A stretch of DNA of 64,000 nt from Saccharolobus solfataricus P2 (GCF_000007005.1 NC_002754.1), one strand, 5' to 3'; shown: positions 19,511 to 30,095, numbered from the stretch's first letter. Numbers and translations: made by a program. The notes: generated by a model from the letters alone, not told the origin.

Positions 19511-20752
19511 CTAATGATTAGATATAGATTCATGAGAATTCAATGAAGCCAAACCCCTATTAGCTACATAGACTATTGTCATTAGGTAGTCCCTGAGTTC
19601 TCTAGTTATGAGGAAATTTCTCCTTATGTGTTCTCTGGCATTAGTACCAAGTCTCCTCCTTATCTCCTCATTCCTAATTAAGTATATTATGTAATGCGAT
19701 GCGCCTTGTGGGCTATTAACTAAGAATCCAGTAATTCCATTTATCACTTGTAAGGGAATTCCTCCAGTGTTTCCACCTATTACTGGTTTTCTCTTCCACA
19801 TGGCCTCACTAACAGTAAGTCCAAAGCCTTCCTTTATAGACTTCTGCATAACTACCGTTGATGCTGTTTGAAATACATTTATTTCCAAATCACTATAAGG
19901 CGGTAACATTAGTAAATGTATATCCTTATCTCCTTCAGAGGCCTTAACTACTTCACTATAAACCTTCTCACCTTCTGGATCATCGGTGGCTGGGCTTCCT
20001 ACATATAATAATTGTATGTCAACATGCCTTTTCGCTAACTTATAAGCCTGTATGACACCTAAAGGATCTTTAGCGTAATCAAATCTGGACACTTGAGTTA
20101 TTAATGGCTTTTCAAGATTAATACCAAACTTATATAATATTCTCAATATAGTAGTCTCAGACATATCCCTATTCTTTATACTTAATGGATCTATTGATGG
20201 TGGTATTACGAATTGCGGAATTTCGATATCATCTCTCCCAAACGAGGGAACAGAGATTATCATACTATCATATTTGGAGATATACTTCCGTAAGAAGTTC
20301 CACACTGGTGGATATGGATTTGAAATGTCAATGTGACATCGCCAAATCCACTTATTACTATTACCTTTTTTGAATTTTATAAGCCCCGCCGGTTGGGGAT
20401 CATGTATAAACATTATATCGTAATCTAACGGAATTTCAGACAAGTTTATCTCTTGCCATTTATCATATATTTTAAAGTATTCATCTGGTATATTTCCAGT
20501 TCCATTTTGTAATGAATTGTGAAAGGATTTGGTTACGTTAAAGAACTCATTATCTCCTTTTATAACCTTCCAATCAACATTAAGACCTAACTCTTTCATT
20601 AATGGTAGCATTCTATTTAATATCTCAGCTACTCCACCTCCAGCCTTAGTAGAGTTTACATGAAGTATTGATAAATCCTTAATTTTCTCCGCTATCTTAA
20701 AGATAGCGTCAAGCTCATGCTCTCCTATAAATTCCACGTATTTCTCAATCAT
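19511..20752 (-). CDS. treT: Trehalose glycosyltransferring synthase (GT4)
   Basis: HVNST..GGGVAEIL, HDPQP, WRCHID, QVSRFD..KDPLG, EGFGLTVSEA. Confidence 0.9.
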   Translation of the reverse strand: MIEKYVEFIGEHELDAIFKIAEKIKDLSILHVNSTKAGGGVAEILNRMLPLMKELGLNVDWKVIKGDNEFFNVTKSFHNSLQNGTGNIPDEYFKIYDKWQEINLSEIPLDYDIMFIHDPQPAGLIKFKKGNSNKWIWRCHIDISNPYPPVWNFLRKYISKYDSMIISVPSFGRDDIEIPQFVIPPSIDPLSIKNRDMSETTILRILYKFGINLEKPLITQVSRFDYAKDPLGVIQAYKLAKRHVDIQLLYVGSPATDDPEGEKVYSEVVKASEGDKDIHLLMLPPYSDLEINVFQTASTVVMQKSIKEGFGLTVSEAMWKRKPVIGGNTGGIPLQVINGITGFLVNSPQGASHYIIYLIRNEEIRRRLGTNAREHIRRNFLITRELRDYLMTIVYVANRGLASLNSHESISNH

Positions 20753-21405
20753 CTTAACAACCACCTTTCTAGTATTCTAATTATGTCCCTCCTAAGTACT
20801 TCCTCATAAACATAGGTTTGTGGATCAATTTTGCTTAAGTTCTCAGCTAATTCTGAGAGTCCAAAATTAGATTCTAACCATTCTGAAAAATCATTTCTCT
20901 TTGAAATTCCGAGTATTCTTTTGCTTACGAAATGCCACACCAATGCCCTATCGGGTATTATCTGTATTAAATCTAAGAACTCTGCGAGTGTGTTCGCAAC
21001 ATAATTTGTCTTGTATACTATTGGTGTACATGAGACAAACACAAACTCTCTTATTCCTCTTCTCTCATTTATTCTAGGTTCTAAGATTTCTATCAGATCA
21101 TTTCTAATATCTTCTATGGTTCTAGGTTCAGCACCAGGTATGTCCGATACCAATTCTGCTAACTCTTTATCTCCTAGACTTTCAGCTATCCAATGAGCAA
21201 AATCATTAGAATATTCTTCAGGTATTAAATGGGAGCTAAAAATTGGGTGGAAAACGTGGTAAAATAACGTATACTTATCCGCTTTCCTAATACCTTCTAC
21301 TAGTTCTCTCAAAGATATGGCTTTAAGTTTAGAATAGAGCGGTGGATAGTAAGCAGCGTAAAAGATAAAAGGTATTCCTTTACCTTTAGAGTCTAGATCC
21401 ATCAT
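20749..21405 (-). CDS. DUF5752-like TreT-associated protein with internal duplication
   Basis: Two halves: LFYHVF..SNDFAHWI..SLG..ELAE and LVWHFV..RNDFSEWL..NFG..ELAE. Confidence 0.75.
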   Translation of the reverse strand: MMDLDSKGKGIPFIFYAAYYPPLYSKLKAISLRELVEGIRKADKYTLFYHVFHPIFSSHLIPEEYSNDFAHWIAESLGDKELAELVSDIPGAEPRTIEDIRNDLIEILEPRINERRGIREFVFVSCTPIVYKTNYVANTLAEFLDLIQIIPDRALVWHFVSKRILGISKRNDFSEWLESNFGLSELAENLSKIDPQTYVYEEVLRRDIIRILERWLLR

Positions 21406-21461
21406 TAAATATAATTACGTATCAAAAGCATATTAACTTATCCACAACATAATATTGTAAT

Positions 21462-21962
21462 TTAACTAATGACCTCAGCAGTTATTGAAGGACTTATTAT
21501 TATTTGCCCATTGGCGTAAGTTATGTGAGGAAAACTTATTAGTAGGGATTGTGAAGAACCCCCTTTTAGATCCATACCATTTATTATATGTATTTTGAAT
21601 ACTCCGCTAGGTATTTTTGCTGAAATATTAACGTTTCCAAGTTGAACTTGTGCGAAAGATATCTCAAGAAATACCTCGTTGTATTGCCCAGAAGGTATTC
21701 TAGAAGAAGCTAGAAATGTCATATTGGAAGTTAGTAGTATAGTAATTGTCTTATTGGAAATCGTTATCCAAGAGTCATTGCTAGCATTAACTTTATGTAT
21801 CATTATGGAAGATATAGTTAAGTATATTTTAACTCCTTGACTAGTTGGAGGGTCCTGAATATACACATTTACAACTCCAGTAGTTAAGTAATAGAAACCA
21901 TAATATACCCCACCAGCTAGTACTAATACCACTATGACGATGCCTAATATTGCCTTATTCAT
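21462..21962 (-). CDS. Membrane-anchored DUF4382-like protein
   Basis: N-terminal TM, VYIQDPP, beta-rich ectodomain with sequons. Confidence 0.65.
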   Translation of the reverse strand: MNKAILGIVIVVLVLAGGVYYGFYYLTTGVVNVYIQDPPTSQGVKIYLTISSIMIHKVNASNDSWITISNKTITILLTSNMTFLASSRIPSGQYNEVFLEISFAQVQLGNVNISAKIPSGVFKIHIINGMDLKGGSSQSLLISFPHITYANGQIIISPSITAEVIS

Positions 21963-22159
21963 GTAGTTAATGTCGTTTAAATACCTTAAAAGGATTTTTG
22001 AGTTTATTTTCGTTCCACTTAGTGGTATTTCAGAATCTACAAGAGTAATCAGGAAAGTCTACGATAAGTTCTTCTTAATTTAGATGTTTTTAATGATCTT
22101 TTTTCAATTTCACCTTAAGGTGAAAGAATATAAATAATTAGGCAGACTTAATATGTACC

Positions 22160-23053
22160 ATGTACGAGGATTTAGTAGAAAGGGTAACTCCATCAGTAGT
22201 CACTATAATAACGAAGCAGATAGCTTTAGACCAGTTTTTTATGCCACAAGTTGCTGAAGGCATAGGATCTGGTTACTCTATAGGGAAAAATATCCTAATA
22301 ACATCTTATCATGTTATATCAAATGCTGAAGAGATACTGGTAATATCTGAAGATGGATTTAGAGAAGAAGCGCAAGTAATTGCAATAAATCCCTTTCATG
22401 ATTTAGCAATGTTAAGAAGTACCATAGAATTGCCTAGTCTGAAACTAGCTAAAGAGTGCAAAACCGGAGAGGTAGTTTTAGCAGTAGGAAATCCTCTAGG
22501 TCTATATAGTGTAAGTATGGGTATAATTAGCAGTGAGGAAAGGGCCATAATGACACCTAATGGTCTTCCCATTTATGTGGTCCAGACAGATGCAGCTGTT
22601 AACCCCGGTAATAGTGGAGGGCCTCTTATAAATACCAGAGGTGAGGTTGTGGGTACTGTTACTGCGATGATAAGAGAAGCTCAGAATATAGGTTTTGCAA
22701 TCCCTTCTAAACTTGTTGATAGTTTCGTAAAAAACGTCATGAAGTTTGGTAGATACATAAGACCGTATGTGGGAATTGGTGTAATAAAGTTAAACAAAGC
22801 TTTAGCGACATACTTGGGAGTGAGGAAACAAAATGGCTTGCTTGTTACGAACATAGATCCAAATGGAAGCGCTTACAAGTATGGAATAAGGAGAGGTGAT
22901 ATCATACTAAAGGTTAATAATCAAGAAGTTAAATCTCCTATAGATTTGCTAGCTGTATTAGAAGAGATGGTTGGTTCACAGATTAATGTAAAGATGTTAA
23001 GGGATTCTAAGGAGATAGAACTTTCGATACCAGTCCCTGGTTTATCTACTTAA
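22160..23053 (+). CDS. HtrA/DegP-like serine protease with PDZ domain, no signal peptide
   Basis: TSYHV, HDLA, VQTDAAVNPGNSGGPL, PDZ GIRRGDIILKVN. Confidence 0.93.
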   Translation: MYEDLVERVTPSVVTIITKQIALDQFFMPQVAEGIGSGYSIGKNILITSYHVISNAEEILVISEDGFREEAQVIAINPFHDLAMLRSTIELPSLKLAKECKTGEVVLAVGNPLGLYSVSMGIISSEERAIMTPNGLPIYVVQTDAAVNPGNSGGPLINTRGEVVGTVTAMIREAQNIGFAIPSKLVDSFVKNVMKFGRYIRPYVGIGVIKLNKALATYLGVRKQNGLLVTNIDPNGSAYKYGIRRGDIILKVNNQEVKSPIDLLAVLEEMVGSQINVKMLRDSKEIELSIPVPGLST

Positions 23054-23110
23054 ATTTTTTAAAAGTCCTTTAGTGTTAAGCTTTTTACCTCTCTTTGCAA
23101 AATCTTTTGT

Positions 23111-23581
23111 ATGGTAGAAATAGGGGAAAAAGCTCCAGAAATAGAGTTAGTAGATACAGATTTGAAAAAAGTTAAAATACCATCTGATTTCAAAGGTAAG
23201 GTAGTTGTTCTAGCGTTTTACCCTGCTGCGTTCACTTCAGTTTGTACTAAAGAGATGTGCACTTTTAGGGACTCCATGGCAAAATTTAACGAAGTTAATG
23301 CAGTAGTTATAGGAATCAGTGTAGATCCACCATTCAGTAATAAAGCGTTTAAAGAGCAGAATAAAATAAATTTCACTATTGTTAGTGACTTTAATAGGGA
23401 AGCTGTAAAGGCTTATGGGGTAGCTGGAGAGTTACCAATCTTAAAGGGATATGTACTAGCTAAGAGATCAGTATTTGTAATTGATAAAAATGGCATAGTA
23501 AGATATAAATGGGTTTCTGAAGATCCGACAAAGGAACCAAACTACGATGAGATAAAGGATGTCGTAACCAAATTATCTTAA
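23111..23581 (+). CDS. bcp: Peroxiredoxin (BCP type)
   Basis: FYPAAFTSVCTKEMC, GISVD, RSVFVID. Confidence 0.93.
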   Translation: MVEIGEKAPEIELVDTDLKKVKIPSDFKGKVVVLAFYPAAFTSVCTKEMCTFRDSMAKFNEVNAVVIGISVDPPFSNKAFKEQNKINFTIVSDFNREAVKAYGVAGELPILKGYVLAKRSVFVIDKNGIVRYKWVSEDPTKEPNYDEIKDVVTKLS

Positions 23582-23637
23582 ATGATGTTATGGCTAGGCA
23601 CTGATAATATGATGACTTAAGGGCGGGAACTCTGAAT
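23580..23637 (+). ncRNA. C/D-box methylation guide sRNA
   Basis: C ATGATGT 23582-88, guide TATGGCTAGGCA, D' CTGA 23601-04, C' ATGATGA 23609-15, guide CTTAAGGGCGGGAACT, D CTGA 23632-35, then T-run. Confidence 0.8.
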
Positions 23638-24024
23638 TTTTTCAAGAAATGTTTCTGGGTTTTTTATATCGTATAAGACTGTAATTTTACCGTTTTTTAA
23701 AATAATGTAAATTGAGCCACACTTTAATTTTTTTGCTATAGGCCCTTGTGAGATAAAAGTATCCTTAAAATTTTCCGCTTTAACTACTTTTTTACCTAAT
23801 AATGATTTTATTATTATCCCACTCTCAGAGATGCAGTAAGTATAACTCTTGAACCACGCAATTATAAAAAGTAATATAGCATACCATATGCCAACGAAAA
23901 TAAGATAATTAATTACGCTAGTTATCTCCAAGAATAAGGAAAAAATGGTAAGTATAATAGTCCCTTCAACGAGAAGCCTTCTTCCAGTTGGTTTCGTACA
24001 ACCAACAAGCGACTTTTCTCCCAT
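23617..24024 (-). CDS. Membrane protein with bacterial PH-like domain
   Basis: Two TM helices followed by Y.Y.ISE.GIIIK, QGPIAKKLKCGSIYI. Confidence 0.7.
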   Translation of the reverse strand: MGEKSLVGCTKPTGRRLLVEGTIILTIFSLFLEITSVINYLIFVGIWYAILLFIIAWFKSYTYCISESGIIIKSLLGKKVVKAENFKDTFISQGPIAKKLKCGSIYIILKNGKITVLYDIKNPETFLEKIQSSRP

Positions 24025-24937
24025 TTATTTCCACCAATGGTGGTTCCTTTTCCTTACATACTGACATAGCAAAAGGACATCTGGGATTGAATCTGCATCC
24101 GCTAGGCGGATTTATTAAGCTGGGCACTTCCCCGCTTGGTGGCTTAAGCTCCTTCTTTCCCAATTCTGGTACTGAGCTAAGCAGTGATTGAGTATATGGA
24201 TGCATTGGTTCCGAAATAACTTCTTTTGTATTTCCTTCTTCAACAATTTTTCCCGCATACATAATTATGACTCTATCAGATATGTATCTAGCTACCGCGA
24301 TGTTGTGGGTAATGAAGAGGTATGTAAGTTTTCTTTCCTTTTGTAGGTCTACAAGTAGATTAAGAATTTGTGCTTGTACTGATGCATCTAAAGCTGAAGT
24401 CGGTTCATCTAAAATTAAAAAATCCGGCTCTTTTGCAAGCGCTCTTGCTATTGCAACTCTCTGCGTTTGCCCTCCAGACAATTCTCTAGGATACTTATCT
24501 TTTACGTAATTATAATCAAGACCAACTTCCTCTAATAACTTCTTGACTCTTTCTTCCCTTTTCTCCTTCATGGCTTCTCTAACAATATCCTTGACTTTCA
24601 TTCTTGGATTTATGGATGTCATAGGATTTTGGAAAACCATATGTATATGTTTTCTAACATGATTTATATTGCGATCATTTACCTCCATTCCCATAAAGAT
24701 TAAATTTCCACCAGTAGGCTTTTCCAATGTAGCTAGTACCTTGCCTAATGTGGTTTTACCAGAACCACTTTCACCCACAACACCTAAAACTTCGCCTTTC
24801 CTTATCTCCACGGATACGTTATCTAATGCTCTAACATAAATTGGGGGCTCTCTCGCTAATGATTCCAGTATTCCCCTCTTCTTTGCAAGGTAGTATTTAT
24901 TTATATTAATTGCCTTGTAAAGTATACTATCACTCAT
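23966..24937 (-). CDS. dppF: Oligopeptide ABC transporter ATPase
   Basis: GESGSGKT, LSGGQTQR, ILDEPT, HPYT, C-terminal GCRF.PRC..C Fe-S motif. Confidence 0.93.
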   Translation of the reverse strand: MSDSILYKAININKYYLAKKRGILESLAREPPIYVRALDNVSVEIRKGEVLGVVGESGSGKTTLGKVLATLEKPTGGNLIFMGMEVNDRNINHVRKHIHMVFQNPMTSINPRMKVKDIVREAMKEKREERVKKLLEEVGLDYNYVKDKYPRELSGGQTQRVAIARALAKEPDFLILDEPTSALDASVQAQILNLLVDLQKERKLTYLFITHNIAVARYISDRVIIMYAGKIVEEGNTKEVISEPMHPYTQSLLSSVPELGKKELKPPSGEVPSLINPPSGCRFNPRCPFAMSVCKEKEPPLVEINGRKVACWLYETNWKKASR

Positions 24938-25904
24938 ATAACCAACACCTTATTTTTCTTCCATTTTTCTCAATAATGCTTGGCTCTTTCTTTCTACAAA
25001 TATCGAAAACTTTACTACATCTATTACTAAACTTACATCCAGTAGGTAATGCAAAAAACGATGGTGGATTACCTGGAATAGCAGTTAACTTTTGATTTTT
25101 ATCCCCAGATGGTATACTCGCTACTAACCCTTGGGTGTATGGATGCATTGGTGATTTTAAAACTTCTTCAACTTTTCCGTCCTCCATAATTCTTCCTGCG
25201 TACATTACTACTATTCTATCTGATACTACGTAAGCTAAGGAAATATCATGGGTTATAAAAAGAATGCTTGTATTTATTTCCTTATTTAATTGTTTAAACA
25301 GATTAACCACTTGCGCTTGTATTGTAACGTCCAATGCAGATGTTGGTTCATCCGCTATGAGCAATTTGGGCTTTAATAATAAAGCCATAGAAATAACTAT
25401 TCTTTGAACTTGTCCACCTGAAAGTTGGTGAGGGTAACGATCAATAATGGAATAAGGATCTGGAAGTCTTAAATCTTTTAGAACTTCAATAACATCTCTC
25501 ATTAAACTTTCTTCTTCAGCCTTCTTTCCTTCTCTTTGATATCTTATTTTAACAGCTTCTAAGAGCTGAGAGCCTACCTTCTTTACTGGATTTAAGCTAT
25601 TTAATGGATTTTGAAATATCATGAAAACCCATGTTCCTCTATATTTCTGCAGTTCGCTATCTTTTAACTTAGCTAAATTAACTCCATCTACTATGATATC
25701 GCCTTGAATTCTCGCATTCGGAGGTAAAATTCTGGATATTGCGTGGCCTAATGTAGATTTTCCAGAACCGCTTTCTCCAACAACTCCTACTATTTCCCCT
25801 TTTTCTACATCTAGGTTTACATCACTTAATACTTTAACCCAGCTAATTAGTGTATTATAGTAAACGTTCAAATTTCTAATCTGAAGCACTACCATATTAT
25901 TCAC
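24930..25904 (-). CDS. dppD: Oligopeptide ABC transporter ATPase
   Basis: GESGSGKS, YPHQLSGGQVQR, IADEPT, GCKFSNRC. Confidence 0.93.
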   Translation of the reverse strand: MNNMVVLQIRNLNVYYNTLISWVKVLSDVNLDVEKGEIVGVVGESGSGKSTLGHAISRILPPNARIQGDIIVDGVNLAKLKDSELQKYRGTWVFMIFQNPLNSLNPVKKVGSQLLEAVKIRYQREGKKAEEESLMRDVIEVLKDLRLPDPYSIIDRYPHQLSGGQVQRIVISMALLLKPKLLIADEPTSALDVTIQAQVVNLFKQLNKEINTSILFITHDISLAYVVSDRIVVMYAGRIMEDGKVEEVLKSPMHPYTQGLVASIPSGDKNQKLTAIPGNPPSFFALPTGCKFSNRCSKVFDICRKKEPSIIEKNGRKIRCWLYE

Positions 25905-26801
25905 CTAATAGACTATTCTTCCAGCTACTACATCTTGTAATCTGTCACCTAATAGTACAAAACCTACGACAATAATTAGAATAGTCAACCCTGGAAATAA
26001 GGCCCACCACCAGTATTGCGGTAAACCAGTAACACCATTTGCTGCCATTTCTCCTAATTCTGGGATTGGAGGCGTTATTCCTATTCCTAGAAACGCTAAG
26101 GTCGAATAAGTTAGTATTACGTTACCAAAATCCAATGCTGCATAGGCTAATACAGGGTCTATGGCGTTTAGAAAAATATATCTGTAGAACAGTGATATTC
26201 TAGATACGTTACTTAATTTTGCGGCAGAGATGTAGTCCATGTTCTTTATCCTTAACGTTTGTGCCCTATAGAATCTAGCATAGGTTGGCCACCACACTAC
26301 CGCTAAGCCTAGTATAGTGGCGAAGAAGGTAGCCTTTAATGGTACAGTTATTGCGATAACTAATATTAATGCGGGCAAGGATAGAAAGGCGTCAGTAACT
26401 CTCATTAGGATTTCATCTACAATACCGCCTAGATAACCCGCAAGTATTCCTAATATTCCTCCTATGATTATAGCTGAAAACACTACCACTATTGCTACGA
26501 ATGCATCTCTAGGTAATGCGTATAAAATTCTTGAAAGAATATCTTCCCCTTCTGCATTAGTACCTAAAAGGAAAGTAGATGAAGGAGGATGAAAAGCCAA
26601 CTGTAAATTATATTGGAAGGGATTATGTGGAAGGAGTATATAACCTAAATATTGTTTTCTAAGATAACTTGACAATATCTCTAATATTCCTTGTATGAGA
26701 GACCATATTAGGAAAAGGCTTACTATAATTAATCCCAATAATCCAGCCTTATCTCTAATTAGCGCCTTTAACATAAATCTAATTCCGGAACTTTCACTCA
26801 A
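25905..26801 (-). CDS. dppC: Oligopeptide ABC permease
   Basis: LLGT..GEDI.SR, MRVTDAFLSLP, EAA-like loop, FPGL. Confidence 0.92.
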   Translation of the reverse strand: MSESSGIRFMLKALIRDKAGLLGLIIVSLFLIWSLIQGILEILSSYLRKQYLGYILLPHNPFQYNLQLAFHPPSSTFLLGTNAEGEDILSRILYALPRDAFVAIVVVFSAIIIGGILGILAGYLGGIVDEILMRVTDAFLSLPALILVIAITVPLKATFFATILGLAVVWWPTYARFYRAQTLRIKNMDYISAAKLSNVSRISLFYRYIFLNAIDPVLAYAALDFGNVILTYSTLAFLGIGITPPIPELGEMAANGVTGLPQYWWWALFPGLTILIIVVGFVLLGDRLQDVVAGRIVY

Positions 26802-27825
26802 CTATCCTCACCCTTGGATCTAGAACCCCGTAAAGTATATCTGCTATAAGATTCGCTATTATTATTGCAATTCCAACAATTATTGTTGTCCCCAAAATTG
26901 ATGTGTAATCTAGACTTTCTATTGCTTGAGTAATGAAATACCCCATTCCATGATATTGGAATATATCCTCAATCACGACTGCCCCAGCTACTGAGTATCC
27001 GAAAAGCAAAGCAATCAATGTTACTAATGGTATCGATGCATTTCTTAAAACCACACCATATACAACTCTTCTTCTACTAAGCCCCTTCATGAGACTAAGT
27101 TTAGCGAAGTCAGATTCCATATAATCCAGCATTGAAGCTCTGGCTATTCTAGTCACTATTCCAAAACTGACCAACGCAATCGCTATAACAGGCAAGACCA
27201 TATGGTGGACTAAACTAGAAAAATAAGGCCAATCCCCTGCTAACATCGCGTTAAGCAAAGGAAAAGGTGTTATAGACTTTGGCGGAGTAAGAACTGGGTT
27301 GACAGTACCGGTAGGGGGTAATAATCTGAGATAGTATGCTATAACTAGCTGTAATATAACAGCAATTAAAAATGGCGGAGATGCCCAAGTAACTAAGTAA
27401 ACGCCACGGACCAGATAATCCAGCGGTTTATTTCTGTTTGATGCAGCTATGGCGCCAGTAAACAAACCAATAACTACGGAAAGTATTGTTGCTGGTATTA
27501 CCAACTCTAGGGTTCTTGGTAAATATTTTCCAATCAGCGTAATCACCGGTACCTTATATGTTGGATCTATACCGAAATTTCCATGTAGTACATTAATTAT
27601 GTAGTTAATTATTTGGATGTAAAGGGGTTGGTCAAGTCCATATTGTTTGGCTACCTGTTCTAACTCTGTGTAGGTCGCATGTGGCCCAGTGTATAGCCTT
27701 GCTAAGGCTAAGGGATTTGGTGCTATTATATGTATCATAATAAAAACCAATATAATTAGTAATATTAGGGTAATGAAAGCATTAATGATTCTTCTTATGA
27801 TAAAGAAAACTATATTTATGGACAT
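26794..27825 (-). CDS. dppB: Oligopeptide ABC permease
   Basis: YGLDQPL, LPRTLEL, TRIARASML, LYGVLDPRVR. Confidence 0.92.
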   Translation of the reverse strand: MSINIVFFIIRRIINAFITLILLIILVFIMIHIIAPNPLALARLYTGPHATYTELEQVAKQYGLDQPLYIQIINYIINVLHGNFGIDPTYKVPVITLIGKYLPRTLELVIPATILSVVIGLFTGAIAASNRNKPLDYLVRGVYLVTWASPPFLIAVILQLVIAYYLRLLPPTGTVNPVLTPPKSITPFPLLNAMLAGDWPYFSSLVHHMVLPVIAIALVSFGIVTRIARASMLDYMESDFAKLSLMKGLSRRRVVYGVVLRNASIPLVTLIALLFGYSVAGAVVIEDIFQYHGMGYFITQAIESLDYTSILGTTIIVGIAIIIANLIADILYGVLDPRVRIVE

Positions 27826-27914
27826 ACCATGTCCATTTAAATAAAGTTTGAGGGTACTAATATATTTATTCTCACAAAGTAAACGAGGAAAGAAAAAGAA
27901 AAATAAAGATGACT

Positions 27915-30095
27915 TTAGAACCCTGGACCTCCTCTACCTCTTCCTCTTAAGAGGACTACTGCTACTACTATTATAATTATCACGATGACTATTCCTATTA
28001 CTGCATAAATTAGTGTAGATGAGGAAGATGAAGTAGTTGTCGTCATACTGGTTACTGACGTAGTAATATTCGTAGCACCACCAAATACAATACTTGTTGT
28101 CGTAGTTTGAAGCGTAGTAGTTGTTGTAGAGGAGGTCGTGCTGGTTGAAGTTGATATAGTTATAGTGTATGGTTGATAATACATTAGGTTATAGTAATAG
28201 CCTATGAATGGGTTATATACAAATCCTTTCACATAGGGCTGGACAAAGTAATATACTACAGGGTTTGGTAACCAAGCGTATGGTGCTTGTTGATACAATA
28301 TCTGATATACTTTAGCCACCTCTAAAGTTTGTTGTGTTTGATTTGTTAAGAAGGGTAAATTCTCGTATATTTGCTGTAATGTTGAAATATTAACCCACGC
28401 TAAATCTCCAGATATTCCACCGTATAATACATCAGTTTGTGCCATTAATTCTTGGAAAATCGGATCTGGCCAATCAGGGAACCAGCCTAAATCTATCAGA
28501 GCAGGTGTGCCACTTGGTGTTATCCAGTTGTCGGTTACGGAAGGTAGGACATACTGTATTGATGTTGAAATCCCTATCTTTTGTAAGCTTTCTTGAATTA
28601 TTGTTAGTTGTTCTTGCTCTAACTCATTCACAGGTGCTAAAGCGTATATAGTTAATGTGCCTAATTGCTTACCATTAGTATCACCTATCGTAGTTCCGTT
28701 AGGCAATACAACATAGAAGTGCCCTTCATATCCAGCTTCATTCAAGTAGTGTAAGGCTAAGGATAGGTTGTAGGTGTAGGGGTGTAACTTATCTAATTGC
28801 ATAACTTCGTTATAGAGTGGGAATACCGGAGATATTGGACCTAAATACTCTATTGCTAGCGTTTGATTTTGGAATTTGAATATATCTAATTCTGCGGTAT
28901 AGTTTATAGCGTGAACTATTGCTTGCCTAAATGCAGTAATGTTAGTAGGGAAGATTTGCGTATTCATTGCAATGTAGAATACTGCTGCCTCATAACCTAA
29001 ATTTGCAAATATTTGGTTAAAACTTACATATTTATTATACTGATATGCAGAGTACATTTGCTGTAAGAATGGTAAGCTAACGTATGAAATTTGTGCTTGA
29101 TTCGTAGCAAAATCCTCAACTCTATTATTGTGGCTTAATCCGTATTTTATGTCAATAACTGGTATATGTCCCGGTTGAGCTACAAGTGGTATGTTAGATA
29201 AATTGGCAGCCCAATAATGTGGATTCTTCACTAATACGATCTCAGATAAACTAGGTCCCACACTCTTAATCACATAAGGACCAGTTCCTTCCATACCATT
29301 GTCATTAATATATGAGTTAGGAGTATTTGGCTGAACTCCACCATGTTCATCAATAAAGACTGGATTAACTATTGCTCCCCACCAGCTAGCTATATCTAAT
29401 AGGAAGTACCTATAGGGTTCAAGTGTATTTATCTCGACCTCATAAGGACCCTTAACTACTACCGCTTGGTATGGGTATTCCATGATTTTCTGTATTGTAG
29501 TATTCGCAGCGTTGAAATGAGATAGTATTGATGCAAGTACATTCGCAGCTAGTGTTGCGTTCTTAGTAGTCGGTAATCCAGTAACGTTTTGTATTGCTGC
29601 TGCTACACCCCACGGTAAGGCATATCCAGTCTGTCCATATTGAGTTGAATTGAATAGTAGTTCAATATAGTTAGCTACACCAGGGCCTTGTCCCATTAGT
29701 ATGGTCCTATAGAACGAGAACCAAACAGTACTAGCGTTTACTTGTACTCCATCTGGGAAGTATACTCCATGTCTTATGAAGAATGTCCAGTTCTCATAGT
29801 TTGTGGTTGACCAGTTCTGGGCTATAACTGGAACAACTTGTAAATAATTCGAACCGTTAAATTCCACTAGTTCTTGAAATATTGCTTGATATAACGGTCC
29901 ATCTTGAACGTAAAATCCAGTAGCTGGGTCAAGTGCATCAGGAGGTGCTGTTTGGGAAACGTCAATAAGTATAGATGAGTTTGGCGGAGATATTGTTAGT
30001 GATGTTTGTGCTGAAGTTTGCAATAAAAATAGTGATGGTAGAATTATGCCTATTAACATTATTGATAAAAGCGCTAAACCCTTGAGGCTAGACAT
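27915..30095 (-). CDS. dppA: Peptide-binding protein (family 5), S/T-rich linker and C-terminal TM anchor
   Basis: LDPA, GTGPY, FRQAI.HAIN; Thr/Ser tract before the TM; N-terminal LKG/LA could be a class III signal. Confidence 0.9.
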   Translation of the reverse strand: MSSLKGLALLSIMLIGIILPSLFLLQTSAQTSLTISPPNSSILIDVSQTAPPDALDPATGFYVQDGPLYQAIFQELVEFNGSNYLQVVPVIAQNWSTTNYENWTFFIRHGVYFPDGVQVNASTVWFSFYRTILMGQGPGVANYIELLFNSTQYGQTGYALPWGVAAAIQNVTGLPTTKNATLAANVLASILSHFNAANTTIQKIMEYPYQAVVVKGPYEVEINTLEPYRYFLLDIASWWGAIVNPVFIDEHGGVQPNTPNSYINDNGMEGTGPYVIKSVGPSLSEIVLVKNPHYWAANLSNIPLVAQPGHIPVIDIKYGLSHNNRVEDFATNQAQISYVSLPFLQQMYSAYQYNKYVSFNQIFANLGYEAAVFYIAMNTQIFPTNITAFRQAIVHAINYTAELDIFKFQNQTLAIEYLGPISPVFPLYNEVMQLDKLHPYTYNLSLALHYLNEAGYEGHFYVVLPNGTTIGDTNGKQLGTLTIYALAPVNELEQEQLTIIQESLQKIGISTSIQYVLPSVTDNWITPSGTPALIDLGWFPDWPDPIFQELMAQTDVLYGGISGDLAWVNISTLQQIYENLPFLTNQTQQTLEVAKVYQILYQQAPYAWLPNPVVYYFVQPYVKGFVYNPFIGYYYNLMYYQPYTITISTSTSTTSSTTTTTLQTTTTSIVFGGATNITTSVTSMTTTTSSSSSTLIYAVIGIVIVIIIIVVAVVLLRGRGRGGPGF

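Noticed and set aside
28060-28170. Low-complexity repeat-like DNA in dppA
   Set aside because: Encodes the ordinary Ser/Thr-rich linker of Sulfolobales binding proteins
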